Origin: Halobacteriales archaeon
Lineage (GTDB): Archaea; Halobacteriota; Halobacteria; Halobacteriales; Hikarchaeaceae
Length of the DNA: 64,000 nucleotides
Assembly (NCBI GenBank): GCA_034521615.1
Contig: JAXHME010000021.1
Span: forward strand, 21,945 to 85,944
Direction of reading: 5' to 3'
Positions 1-9,386 of this stretch are shown in pieces. Each line of letters begins with the position of its first letter. Within the stretch, counting starts at the first letter, position 1. The notes beneath the pieces were generated by a model. The model was not told the DNA's origin, did not search any database, and was given only the letters and a program-made list of their open reading frames with translations. Both the position numbers and the translations under genes were made by a program.

Positions 1-1552
1 ACCCCAGCCCTCGCGCCGGTTGAACAGCCGCGTGAGCGTCCAGACCCGTTCGCCGAGGGAGTCGAGGGCCGCCTCGTCGGCGGGGTGGCCGATCGCGGCC
101 AGCCACTCGGCCGCCTCCTCGCCGAGCCCCGCGTCGACGAAGTCGTCGGCGATCAGGCACCAGCTGGCCGCCCGGCGGTGCTGCTCGTCGATGACGGCCT
201 CGGCCGCCTCCGCCGGCGACCACTCCGCGTCGAACGGCTCGCGCTCGATCGGCCGGGCCCGGCGGTGGCAGGCGCCGCGGTCGCTGGTCGCGTAGGCGAG
301 CGCCATGCTCGGGGCCGCGCGGGGGTCGTAGTTCGGCAGCTCGAGCCCCTTGACCGACGGCACGAGACCCTCGCCCCCGAACCGGGCCGCGGCCGCCTGG
401 ACGCCATCGGCGAGGGCGTCGGCCAGCGGCGTCTCGCGGCCGGCGATGGCCTCGAGGGCGCGCTCGGCGCCGTCGGGGTCCCCGAACGTCAGCGGCGCGT
501 CGAGGTGGCCCGCCTCGCCGGCCCGGACCAGCCAGGCCAGGACGTTCCCGCCGCTGACGAGGTCGATGCCGAGCCGGTCGCACGTCGCCTCCAGCCGGGC
601 GACGGCGTCGGCGTCGTCGATGCCGAGCCCCGCGCCGAGCGTCATGCCGGCGGCCCCCCGGTGGAGCTTCTCGCCCAGACCGATCCGGAAGTCGCCGGGC
701 ACGTCCTCGCCGTCGCGCTCCCTCGTAGCGGCCTGGCCACGCACGGCCTCGACGCCGACGCCCTCGGCGCCCTCGAACCGGCCCGACCGCCAGCCCCGGG
801 TGGCCAGCCCGCCGACGGCGTCCGCGAAGTCGACCGATTCCGCCGTGCCGCCCGAGCGGTGCCACCGGCCCGGGCCGGACGCGGCATACCGCGCCTCGGC
901 GCGCTCGCGGAGCGGTTCGAGCGCCGTCGGCAGCGCCGCCGGCTCGCCGCGGGCCACGACGGCCTTCAGCCGCTTCGCGCCCATCACCGCGCCAGCGCCA
1001 CCCCGGCCGGCGTGGTGGTCGCCGCCGTCGGAGGCGATGGTGGCGTAGGTCACTCGGCGCTCGCCGGCCGGGCCGATGCCGGCCACCGAGGCGCCTGACG
1101 CTCGCGAGCCGAGCTCGACCGCGTCGAGCCCCCACCAGTCGTCGGCCGGCTCGATCCGCGCCTCGCCGGCCTCGACCACGATCCTGACCGGCTCGTCGGC
1201 GGCACCGGTCACGAGCAGCAGCTGGTGGCCGTCGAGCGCGCCCGCCAGCCGCCCGGGGAACGACCCCCCGCCGTAGGTGTCGAGGAAGCCGCCGGTCTGG
1301 GGCGACTTCGTGACCGCGGCGTACCGGTCGTCGCCGGGCAGCCAGCCGGTGAGCGGGCCGACCGCGAACAGCAGGACGTTCTCGGGCCCGAGCGGGTCGA
1401 CGCCCGGCCTCGAGCTCGTCGTAGAGCACCCGCGCGGCGAGCCCCTTCCCGCCGACGTACTGCCGGCGCCAGTCGGCCGGCAGGGCCTCGGTGGAGACCG
1501 TCCGCTCCGTCAGGTCCACGCGGAGCAGCCCCGCCGCCGACGGGCTCGTCAT
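1..1552 (-). pseudogene. aor: Aldehyde:ferredoxin oxidoreductase (AOR family, tungsto/molybdopterin enzyme). Start is inside the window, the 3' end runs off the left edge, and the frame is broken at 1403-1405.
   Basis: Manual reverse translation. ATG at 1552 gives MTSPSAAGLLRVDLTERTVSTEALPADWRRQYVGGKGLAARVLYDELEAG. After the CCC run at 1403-1405 the AOR sequence continues in another frame (VDPLGPENVLLFAVGPLTG ... GGDHHAGRGGAGAVMGAKRLKAV ... YATSDRGACH ... LTRLFNRREGW), open to base 1. It is absent from the ORF track because it leaves the window. Confidence 0.8.
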
Positions 1553-1630
1553 CCCCGCCAGCTCGGCCGTCGGCGGAAATAAGGATTGGGCTACGGGCCC
1601 GACGGCGCCCGGGCCCGCCGCCGGGGGCGG

Positions 1631-2446
1631 TTACGTCGGTGGACCGGCCGCGACGGCCGCTTCGTCGGCGGGGTCGAGCGTCGAGAGCGCCCACGTCACG
1701 CCGTATTCCCCGCACGCGTCGGCGTAGTCGGGGTGCTCCTCGGGGTCGAGCCACGGCACGAGGACCTCGCCCGGCTCGTCGGCGACCTCGTGGTAGTACG
1801 TCAGGCAGTCCCGCAGCTCCTCGGTGGGCGTCCCGACGGCCTCCTCGCCGCGGGGGCCGCCGTCCTCGCCGACCAGCGACGTCCAGAACGGCATGATGCC
1901 GTCCCAGCGCGCGCCGCGCCGGATCGGCTTCCTGTTGGGCCACCACGCCCCCGCGAGGATCGGCACCCGCGGCTGCTGGACGGGCGACGGCTCGACGGTG
2001 GCCGCCTCGAGCGTGAAGTGCTCGCCGTCGTAGCTGAACGGCCCGTCGCCCCACAGCCCGTCGATGACCTCGAGCGCCTCGTCGTACCGGGCGCCCAGCG
2101 CCGGCGGGTCGTACGGCCGGCCGTAGGCGGGGTACTCGTCGTCGTTGCCCAAACCCGCGCCGAACAGCACCCGGCCGCCCGAGAGCCGGTCGAGCGTCGC
2201 CAGCTCCGCGGCGAGCTCCCAGGGCTCGCGCCGCGGGACGGGCACGACCCAGGTCCCGAGCGTGACCGTCTCGGTCCGGGCGGCCATCCCCCCGAGCAGC
2301 ACCCAGGGGTCCGGGTACTCGCCGTAGGGCAGCGAGTCGCTGACGAAGACGCCGTCCCACCCGGCCGCCTCGGCGTCGACCGCGCGATCGACGAGGGCGG
2401 CGGGGTCGAGCTCGCCGGTGTTCCGGAGCCAGAGGCCGTGCTGCAT
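1631..2446 (-). CDS. LLM-class (luciferase-like) flavin/F420-dependent oxidoreductase
   Basis: 271-aa ORF. AEAAGWDGVFVSDSL near the N-terminus and GGRVLFGAGLG are typical of the luciferase-like monooxygenase fold. Composition is acidic. Confidence 0.8.
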   Translation of the reverse strand: MQHGLWLRNTGELDPAALVDRAVDAEAAGWDGVFVSDSLPYGEYPDPWVLLGGMAARTETVTLGTWVVPVPRREPWELAAELATLDRLSGGRVLFGAGLGNDDEYPAYGRPYDPPALGARYDEALEVIDGLWGDGPFSYDGEHFTLEAATVEPSPVQQPRVPILAGAWWPNRKPIRRGARWDGIMPFWTSLVGEDGGPRGEEAVGTPTEELRDCLTYYHEVADEPGEVLVPWLDPEEHPDYADACGEYGVTWALSTLDPADEAAVAAGPPT

Positions 2447-2532
2447 GGCCGCGACGCCGCCCGCGTGGCACTTAGCTGTTGACGCCGCCCGGGGCGTTTT
2501 GCCGCTCGGGCACCGATGGATGGCCGACGCCG

Positions 2533-3000
2533 ATGGCCGCCGACCGCCCCGTGACCCCGGAGAGCGACCCGCTGGTGCTCGACACCATGCTCGGGAAGCT
2601 GGCCGTCTATCTCCGGATGTGCGGCTACGACGCCGCGTACGCCGGCGACCGGGGCGTCGAGGCCGACGACGCGGTCCGGGCGCTCGCTCGCGAGGAGGGC
2701 CGGCGCCTGCTCACCCGGGACGCCGAGCTGGCGGCGTCGCTCGAGGACGCCGTGCTGCTGGTCGAGCGCGACCCCGCCGACCAGCTCGGCGAGCTCCGGG
2801 CGGCCGGGTTCGAGCTCCGGCTGCCCGAGACCCCAACCCGTTGCGGGCGGTGTAACGGGCGGCTCGAGCCGGCGCTCCCGGACGCCGAGCGGCCGGCCTA
2901 CGCCCCGCCGCCCGGCGAGTTCGACTGCTGGCGCTGTGTCGACTGCGACCAGTGGTTCTGGCGGGGCAGCCACTGGGACCGGGTCGCCTCACTCCTCTGA
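2533..3000 (+). CDS. Mut7-C RNase domain (DUF82) protein
   Basis: ORF 2479..3000. Internal ATG 2533 gives MAADRPVTPESDPLVLDTMLGKLAVYLRMCGYD, a PIN-like N-terminus. The C-terminal CGRCNG...CWRCVDC zinc ribbon completes the Mut7-C architecture. Confidence 0.75.
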   Translation: MAADRPVTPESDPLVLDTMLGKLAVYLRMCGYDAAYAGDRGVEADDAVRALAREEGRRLLTRDAELAASLEDAVLLVERDPADQLGELRAAGFELRLPETPTRCGRCNGRLEPALPDAERPAYAPPPGEFDCWRCVDCDQWFWRGSHWDRVASLL

Positions 3001-3159
3001 GGCCTCGTCCCCGGCGAACAGCCCCGCGAAGTGCGCCTCGTAGCAGTCCCCGCAGACGTAGCCGTCGCGGACTCCCTCCTCGGCGGCCGGGTTGAGGATG
3101 ACGTGGGTGGTGACGCTGAACGGCACCCTCGTGCCGCAGACGCCGCAGTCCTCTTGCAC
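2989..3159 (-). CDS. Small zinc-ribbon protein (56 aa, CxxC...CxxC)
   Basis: Manual translation from GTG 3159: VQEDCGVCGTRVPFSVTTHVILNPAAEEGVRDGYVCGDCYEAHFAGLFAGDEASEE, stop at 2989-2991. Too short for the ORF track. The 3' end overlaps the Mut7-C gene by 12 nt. The start codon is uncertain. Confidence 0.4.
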   Translation of the reverse strand: MQEDCGVCGTRVPFSVTTHVILNPAAEEGVRDGYVCGDCYEAHFAGLFAGDEASEE

Positions 3160-3256
3160 GGCTCTCGTCGGCCGCTACGGGCTCCAGCGCCATAGCTGGT
3201 GAGGCTGCGGCGCCCCACTGCCAACGCTCAAGGCCGGGGCGGCCCGAGCCGCGGCC

Positions 3257-3869
3257 ATGCGCGCCGGCGTGATCCTGGCCGGGGGCCGCTCGACCCGGTT
3301 CGGCGAGGCCGACAAGGCCGTCGCCGAGCTGGCCGGGACCCCGATGATCCGCCGGGTCGCCGACCGGCTCGTGGGCGCGGTCGACGAGCTGGTCGTCAAC
3401 GGCCGGGCCGACCAGCGGGCCGCGATCGAGGCCGCCCTCGACGGCGTCGCCCTCCCGGTCGAGTACGCGCCGGACCCCGCGCCCGACCAGGGCCCCATGG
3501 TCGGCATCCGCACGGGGCTGGCGGCCGCCGACGCCGAGTACGCGGCCGTGGTCGCCTGCGACATGCCGTTCGTCGAGCCCGACCTCCTCGAGCACCTCTT
3601 CGACCGCGCCGCCGGCCACGACGCCGCGGTCCCCCGGGTCGGCGACGGCTGGTACCAGACCACCCAGGCCGTCTACCGCGCACCCGGCGATGGTCCAGGG
3701 CTGCGACCGAGCGATCGACCGGGGCGACCGGAAGATCATCGCGGCGTTCGAGGGGCTCGACGTCGTCGAGGTGCCGGAGGCCGAGGTCATAGAGCACGCC
3801 GACCGGCGCACCTTCGAGAACCTCAACACGCGCGAGGAGTTCGAGGCAGCGCAGGCCGGGTTCGAGTAG
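3257..3869 (+). pseudogene. mobA: Molybdenum cofactor guanylyltransferase MobA, frame broken at 3683-3685
   Basis: N-terminus MRAGVILAGGRSTRFGEADKAVAEL...ACDMPFVEPDLLEHL is MobA-like. After ...TTQAVYRA the conserved C-terminus PAMVQGCDRAIDRGDRKIIAAFEGLDVVEVPEAEVIEHADRRTFENLNTREEFEAAQAGFE continues in another frame and ends at TAG 3867-3869. Confidence 0.75.
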
Positions 3870-3873
3870 GCCG

Positions 3874-4602
3874 TCACCGCTCGACGACGCCGACGACGGG
3901 CTCCTCGTCGAGCAGCCGCGTCAGGACGACCCGCGGGACGTCCGCCCGGGCGAGCAGCTCGTCGGCGATCTCGCGGGCCGTGGCCTCGAGGGCCGCGTCG
4001 TCGACCATGTTCAGCAGGGGGATCGCCGTCGCACCCTCGGGGACGTCGGCCAGGCCCCCTTCGTCGCTCGCGAGCACCGCCGCGACGTCCTCGGGTCGAA
4101 GCCGGTCACCGAGCGCCAGCCCGGCGACGTCGGCCACCCGCTCGGGGCGGTGCACGCGAGCCTCGTCGAGCGGCTCGCCGACCACCCGGGCGCTGGCGAT
4201 CGGCACGACGACGTCCGCGCCGGCCGGGATCCGTGGCTCGTGCTCGCCGGGCGCCTTCAGCCACCGCGTCCGGGCGCCGTCGGCCTTCACCAGCACGGCG
4301 TCGGCGACGCCGGCGTCGGCCAGCCGGTCGACGACCGCGGGCTCGTAGCCCTCGTACCGGTCGCCGTTGCGCTCGGCGACGACGCCGACGGGCCAGCCCG
4401 CGGCGGCCCGGACGGCGCCGACCGGGTCGTCGGTCGCGGTCACCGAGGCCACCCGCTCGTCGAAGATGGGGATGCGGACGGTGGCGGTGACGACCGCCCG
4501 GTCGATCGCGCCGGCGAGCGCGTACAGCGTGCTCTTCTTGCCGCCGGCGCCGACGACGCAGGTCAGCCCCTCGCGGGCCTCGAGCGCCTCGACGAGCTCC
4601 AT
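3874..4602 (-). CDS. yqeC: YqeC-family accessory protein (TIGR03172-like, putative molybdoenzyme maturation factor)
   Basis: ORF 3874..4629. ATG 4602 (MELVEALEAREGLTCVVGAGGKKSTLYALA) is preferred over TTG 4629. P-loop-like GAGGKKST and the overall layout match YqeC. Confidence 0.7.
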   Translation of the reverse strand: MELVEALEAREGLTCVVGAGGKKSTLYALAGAIDRAVVTATVRIPIFDERVASVTATDDPVGAVRAAAGWPVGVVAERNGDRYEGYEPAVVDRLADAGVADAVLVKADGARTRWLKAPGEHEPRIPAGADVVVPIASARVVGEPLDEARVHRPERVADVAGLALGDRLRPEDVAAVLASDEGGLADVPEGATAIPLLNMVDDAALEATAREIADELLARADVPRVVLTRLLDEEPVVGVVER

Positions 4603-4675
4603 GGCCCGGGCTCGGGGCGAGTCGGGCAAAACCGTTCCCCATCGCGGCGCGGGAAGCCGATGGCCGCGGGGCCGT

Positions 4676-6796
4676 TCAGTCGTCCGCCGAGGCGACGTCG
4701 TCGCTGGGCTCGACGCCGACGGCGATCTCCGCGGCGGCGGCCTTGTACTCGGGGATCTTCGCGCGGTCGTCGAGGACGTCGTTCGTGAGCCGGTTCGCGG
4801 AGGCGGCCGCGAAGTGCGGCGTCGTCCAGATCGAGCCCTCCTTGATGTCCTCGGTCACCTCGGCCTTGACGGTGATCTCGCCCCGGCGGGAGGTGAGCTT
4901 CACGTAGTCGCCGTCCTCGATGCCGTAGCGGTCGGCGTCGTTCGGGTGGACGTGGACGAAGTTCTCGGGGTGCTGGCGGCTGAGCGTCGGCGAGCGCCGG
5001 CTCATCGTGCCGGTGTTGTAGTGCTCCTCGAGCCGCGCCGTGGTGAGGATGAGCGGGTAGTCCTCGTCGGGCACCTCCGCGGGCGGCTGGTGGCGCACGC
5101 CCTCGATCTGGCCGAGCCCGTTCTCGGTCGTGAACTCGTCCTCGTAGAGGAACGGGTCGCCCTCGTCGCCTGGCTCGAGGCAGGGCCAGTGGATGCCCTC
5201 CTCGCCCAGCAGGTCGTAGGTCATCCCGTGGTAGCTCGGCATGACCTGGCGCATCTCCTCGAAGACCTCCTCGGGGCCGTCGAAGGTGAAGCCGCCGTCC
5301 TCGCCGAACAGCCGGGTGCCGACCTCACAGAGGATGTCGAGGTCGTGCTTCGTGTTCTCGTGAACCTTCTGGACCCCACGCATGAGCTGGACGTGGCGGT
5401 CCGTGTTGGTGACGGTCCCGCCGCGCTCGGCCCAGGTCGTCGCCGGCAGGATGACGTCGGCGAACTTGGCGGTCTCGGTCATGAAGATGTCCTGGACCAC
5501 CATGAACTCGAGGTCCTGGAGGCGCTTCTCGACGTTGTTGCCGTCGGGCTCGCTCATCACGGGGTTCTCGCCCATGATGTAGAGCCCCTTGACGGACTTC
5601 CCGGCCTCGTGGGAGATCTCGACGTTGGTGAGCCCGGGTTCGGACGGCACCTCGAAGCCCCAGACCTCCTCGACCGACGCGCGGGCCTCGTCGTCGTCGA
5701 CGAGCTGGTAGTCCGGGAGCACGTTCGGCATCGCGCCGACGTCGCAGGTGCCCTGGACGTTGTTCTGCCCTCGGAGCGGGTTGACGCCCGTGCCCGCCCG
5801 GCCGAGGTTCCCGGTGACGAGCGCGAGGTTGATCTCGTTCTGGACGTTGTCGACGCCGCAGGTGTGCTGGCTCATCCCCATGCCGGTGAAGATGGCCGCG
5901 TTCTCGGCAGTGGCGTACTTCTCGGCGGCGAGCTCGATGTCCTCGAGCGGGACGCCGCACTCCTCGGCGGCGGCCTCCTTGTCGAAGTCCTCGAGGGTCT
6001 CGACGAGGTGCTCGTAGCCCTCGGTGCGCTGCTCGATGAACTCCTCGTCGACCCAGTCGTTCTCGAGCACCGTCTTGAGGACGATGTTCAGCAGCGGGAT
6101 GTCGGTCCCGGGGTTGAGCTGGAGGTGCTGGTGGTCGTTGTCCTCCTCCTGGATCTTGAACGACCGCGTCGTCTTGTTGGCGTGGGGGTCGACCTGGATG
6201 ACCGTCGCGCCGTCGAGCACCGCCTGCCGGAAGTAGACCGAGTTGGCGATGGGGTGCTGCTCGCCGGGGTTCGCGCCCTGGATCCAGAAGACGTCGGCCT
6301 CGTTCTTGAGGTCCTCCATGCTGTTCGTCATCGCGCCGGCGCCCAGGCTGGTCCGCAGCGCCCAGACCGTCGACGCGTGGCACATCCGGGTGCAGTTGTC
6401 GACGTTGTTGGTGCCGTAGCGCCGCGCGAGCTTCTGGAGGAGGTAGTTCTCCTCGTTCATCGTCTTCGAGGAGCCGAAGAAGCCCATCGCGTCGGGGCCG
6501 TGCTCCTCGCGGATGCGCTGGAGCTCGTCGACGATCCGCGAGTAGGCCTCCTCCCAGCTGGCCTCGCGGAACTCGCCGTCCTCCTTGATGAGCGGGTCGG
6601 TCAGGCGGTCCTCGTGGTCGACCACCTCGGTGGCGGCGCCGCCCTTGATGCAGATGCGGCCCTCGTTCACCGGGGCGTCGCCCCAGGGCATGAACCGCAT
6701 GTCGCCGGGCTCCTCGCCGGGCATCACCGAGATGCCACAGCCGACGCCACAGTACGGACAGATCGTCTTGACGGGCTCCTGGTCTTCGGTTGACAT
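4676..6796 (-). CDS. fdhA: Formate dehydrogenase alpha subunit-like molybdopterin (bis-MGD) oxidoreductase, Cys-type
   Basis: ORF 4676..6916. ATG 6796 gives MSTEDQEPVKTICPYCGVGCGISV, the N-terminal 4Fe-4S CxxCxxxC motif. NCTRMCHASTV has Cys at the Sec/Cys active-site position. Length is about 706 aa. GGAGAG lies about 10 nt upstream of the ATG. Confidence 0.85.
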   Translation of the reverse strand: MSTEDQEPVKTICPYCGVGCGISVMPGEEPGDMRFMPWGDAPVNEGRICIKGGAATEVVDHEDRLTDPLIKEDGEFREASWEEAYSRIVDELQRIREEHGPDAMGFFGSSKTMNEENYLLQKLARRYGTNNVDNCTRMCHASTVWALRTSLGAGAMTNSMEDLKNEADVFWIQGANPGEQHPIANSVYFRQAVLDGATVIQVDPHANKTTRSFKIQEEDNDHQHLQLNPGTDIPLLNIVLKTVLENDWVDEEFIEQRTEGYEHLVETLEDFDKEAAAEECGVPLEDIELAAEKYATAENAAIFTGMGMSQHTCGVDNVQNEINLALVTGNLGRAGTGVNPLRGQNNVQGTCDVGAMPNVLPDYQLVDDDEARASVEEVWGFEVPSEPGLTNVEISHEAGKSVKGLYIMGENPVMSEPDGNNVEKRLQDLEFMVVQDIFMTETAKFADVILPATTWAERGGTVTNTDRHVQLMRGVQKVHENTKHDLDILCEVGTRLFGEDGGFTFDGPEEVFEEMRQVMPSYHGMTYDLLGEEGIHWPCLEPGDEGDPFLYEDEFTTENGLGQIEGVRHQPPAEVPDEDYPLILTTARLEEHYNTGTMSRRSPTLSRQHPENFVHVHPNDADRYGIEDGDYVKLTSRRGEITVKAEVTEDIKEGSIWTTPHFAAASANRLTNDVLDDRAKIPEYKAAAAEIAVGVEPSDDVASADD

Positions 6797-6951
6797 CGTG
6801 TGGGCTCTCCTTCCCCCGTTCTCGTGCCGCCAGTCGCAAGTATCTTTCTGCGCGCGAACCGGGCGACGACTGCCGGATTCGGTCGCCAGCGGGCCGGAGA
6901 CGGCGCCAGGGGACAACGTTCAGGGCGGTGGCCGGCCAAGCCCGGGCCAGC

Positions 6952-7512
6952 ATGACGCTCACCCGCGCCGCGGTCGAGGAGGCCGCGGCAGCCTACGCCG
7001 AGTCGGAGCCGCTCTACACCGTGGAGGCCGAGGAGATCGAGGGCCTCGGCCCGGCGCTCGCGTCGGGCGAGTTCGGCTGGCGCGACGCCGAGTGGGTCGT
7101 CCAGTGGTACTACCGCCGGCGCCTCGGCGAGGTCCCGAACCGCGAGCGCCGCGAGCGGGAGGCGGCCTACGACGAGAACGACTACGAGGCGGTCCGGGAC
7201 GCCCTCGCGGCGGCCGCCGGGGCCGACGACGACCTCGAGGCCCTCGACGCGCTGACCGGGCTCGCCGGCGTCGACGTCGGCGTCGCCTCGGCGTTCCTGC
7301 TCTTCCTCGACCCCGAGCAGTACCTCGTCGTGAGCGACCGCGAGTGGCGCGCGCTCGCGGCGGCCGGCGAGCTCGACGGCCCCGTCCCCGACCCGCTGAC
7401 GCCCGAGGACTACGGGGCGTACCTCGAGGCCGCCCGGGCGGTCGCCGACCGGCTCGACTGCACGCTCTGGACGCTCTATCGCGCGCTCTGGCGGCTCGGC
7501 GCCGAGGAGTGA
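6952..7512 (+). CDS. Conserved hypothetical protein (186 aa, acidic)
   Basis: ORF 6790..7512 with ATG 6952 (MTLTRAAVEEAAAAYAES...). LTGLAGVDVGVASAFLLFLDPEQYLVVSDREW loosely resembles a helix-hairpin-helix segment. Function unknown. Confidence 0.6.
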   Translation: MTLTRAAVEEAAAAYAESEPLYTVEAEEIEGLGPALASGEFGWRDAEWVVQWYYRRRLGEVPNRERREREAAYDENDYEAVRDALAAAAGADDDLEALDALTGLAGVDVGVASAFLLFLDPEQYLVVSDREWRALAAAGELDGPVPDPLTPEDYGAYLEAARAVADRLDCTLWTLYRALWRLGAEE

Positions 7513-7566
7513 GCGCGGCGAGCTCGCGGGGCCGCGACCCGCCCCGCCGAGCGACGGAACCCTAGA

Positions 7567-7573
7567 CTTATGG
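7567..7573 (+). promoter_or_regulatory. TATA-box-like CTTATGG about 26 nt upstream of the tupA ATG (leaderless-type spacing)
   Basis: A member of the recurring CTTTTGG/CTTATGG class seen 25-29 nt before many start codons in this window. Confidence 0.4.
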
Positions 7574-7595
7574 CCGGCTGCGCGTCGTTATATCT

Positions 7596-8618
7596 ATGAC
7601 GACACAACGGAGGCGGTTCCTCCAGGCCGTGACCGCGGGGACCGCGGTCGGGCTGACGGGCTGCGCCGGCGCCGCGCCCGGGTCGACACGGACCGACGGG
7701 AGCGTCACGGCGACGAGGGCGGGCGGCGACGGGCGGATCGGCGACGACGAGCTCGTGCTCGCCACGACGACCAGCACGTGGGACACCGGCCTGCTCAAGG
7801 CCATCCACCCGGCCTTCGAGCGCCAGTACGGGCTGACGGTCAAGGCCATCCCGAAGGGCACCGGCGCGAGCATCCGGACCGCCCGGGACGGCGACGCGGA
7901 CGCCATCCTGGTGCACGCCCGGGGCGCGGAGGACCAGTTCCTCCGCGACGGCGTGGGCGTCAACCGTCGGGACGTCATGTTCAACGACTTCGTCATCGTC
8001 GGCCCCGAGGGCGACCCGGCGGGGATCGAGGGCATGGAGAGCGCGGCCGGCGCGTTCGAGACCATCGCGAACGCGGAGGCGACGTTCCTCTCCCGGGGCG
8101 ACGACTCGGGGACCCACAAGAAGGAGCAGGCCATCTGGGCCGAGGCGGGCGTCGAGCCCGCCGGCAACTGGTACCGCGAGATCGGGAAGGGCATGGGCGA
8201 CACGCTGGTGCAGTCGAGCCAGACGGACGCCTACACCCTGGCCGACCGCGGGACCTTCCGCTCGATGCGGACGGAGATCGACCTCGTCGTGCACGTCCAG
8301 GGGCCGCTGAAGGGCGGGCCGGTGCTGCTGAAGAACCCCTACGGCGTGATCGCGGTCAACCCCGCCGTGCACTCGAACGTGAACTACCAGGCGGCGATGG
8401 CCTACGTCGGCTTCCTGACGAGCCCGCAGGGCCAGTCGATGATCCAGCACTACACGGCCAACGGCTCCCAGCTGTTCTTCCCGAACGCGCTGACCGAGGA
8501 CCCGGACTTCGCGGAGTACGTCCCCCGGGACTACGGGGGCGGCGGCTCCGCCTCGCGCTCGCGGGGCGACCTGCGCTACCGCCACGGGGTCGAAACGTTG
8601 GTACCCAGGGACTACTGA
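7596..8618 (+). CDS. tupA: Tungstate ABC transporter substrate-binding lipoprotein (TupA type)
   Basis: Tat signal RRRFLQ plus lipobox [17 protein letters not shown] carries the TTTS motif characteristic of TupA-type tungstate binders. PBP-like fold. Confidence 0.8.
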   Translation: MTTQRRRFLQAVTAGTAVGLTGCAGAAPGSTRTDGSVTATRAGGDGRIGDDELVLATTTSTWDTGLLKAIHPAFERQYGLTVKAIPKGTGASIRTARDGDADAILVHARGAEDQFLRDGVGVNRRDVMFNDFVIVGPEGDPAGIEGMESAAGAFETIANAEATFLSRGDDSGTHKKEQAIWAEAGVEPAGNWYREIGKGMGDTLVQSSQTDAYTLADRGTFRSMRTEIDLVVHVQGPLKGGPVLLKNPYGVIAVNPAVHSNVNYQAAMAYVGFLTSPQGQSMIQHYTANGSQLFFPNALTEDPDFAEYVPRDYGGGGSASRSRGDLRYRHGVETLVPRDY

Positions 8619-8624
8619 CGAACC

Positions 8625-9386
8625 GTGTCCATGCTCTCGCCGGCGCTGGTGCTCGCGACCCTCGCGGCGGCCGCCGCGTCGGCGGCGCTCGGCCTCCTCG
8701 GCCTCCCCGGGGTCGAGTCGACCTACCTCGGCAGCACCATCGCGGTGTCGCTGCAGGTCAGCCTCACCGCCGTCGCCATCTCGACGCTCGTCAGCGTCCC
8801 GCTGGCCGTCGGGATCGCCTTCGCCGAGTTCCCCGGCAAGGCCGCCGTCACGACGGTCATCAACACCGGGATGGGCTTCCCCAGCGTCGTCGTCGGCCTC
8901 CTCGTGCTCATCATGCTCTCGGCGAGCGGGCCGCTCGGCGCGCTCAACCTGGCGTTCACCCCGCGGGCGATGATCATCTCGCAGTTCGTGCTCGCGACGC
9001 CGGTCATCACGAGCGTGAGCCTCTCGGCGGTCGCCGGCGTCGACCAGCCGGTCCGCGACGCGGCCTACGCGCTCGGCGGCACGCGCCTCGACGTCGGGCT
9101 CACCGTCATCAAGGAGGCGCGCTACGGCATGGTGACGGCCGTGCTGGCGGGCTTCGGGCGCGCCATCAGCGAGGTCGGCTCGATCCTCATCGTCGGCGGC
9201 AACATCGTCTACAGCGACGGCACCTCCTACACCCGGACGCTCACGACGGCCATCACCGTCGAGGCCCGCCAGGGCCGCTACGAGACCGGCCTGGCGCTCG
9301 GGCTCGTCCTCCTGACGCTCGTGCTGCTCGTGAACGGCCTCGGCGCCTGGTTCCGCCGCCGGGGCCGGGGGGAGGGTCGGCCGTGA
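8625..9386 (+). CDS. tupB: ABC transporter permease (TupB)
   Basis: 253-aa hydrophobic ORF immediately after tupA. Start is GTG 8625 or ATG 8631. Confidence 0.8.
   Translation: MSMLSPALVLATLAAAAASAALGLLGLPGVESTYLGSTIAVSLQVSLTAVAISTLVSVPLAVGIAFAEFPGKAAVTTVINTGMGFPSVVVGLLVLIMLSASGPLGALNLAFTPRAMIISQFVLATPVITSVSLSAVAGVDQPVRDAAYALGGTRLDVGLTVIKEARYGMVTAVLAGFGRAISEVGSILIVGGNIVYSDGTSYTRTLTTAITVEARQGRYETGLALGLVLLTLVLLVNGLGAWFRRRGRGEGRP

Noticed and set aside
6300-6420. Possible selenocysteine (in-frame TGA) in FdhA
   Set aside because: The active-site position is encoded as Cys (NCTRMCHAS) and the ORF is uninterrupted. No SECIS-like requirement arises.
4367-6793. 808-aa plus-strand ORF
   Set aside because: It is antisense to the well-conserved fdhA gene. 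Its Arg/Gly/Val/Leu-rich, low-complexity translation is typical of off-frame ORFs in very GC-rich DNA.
8520-8618. Odd C-terminal tail of TupA (…[33 protein letters not shown], with VPRDY repeated)
   Set aside because: It could reflect another homopolymer indel in the CCCCC/GGGGG runs at 8522-8539. However, no alternative frame gives a more convincing ending, so this is left as a note.
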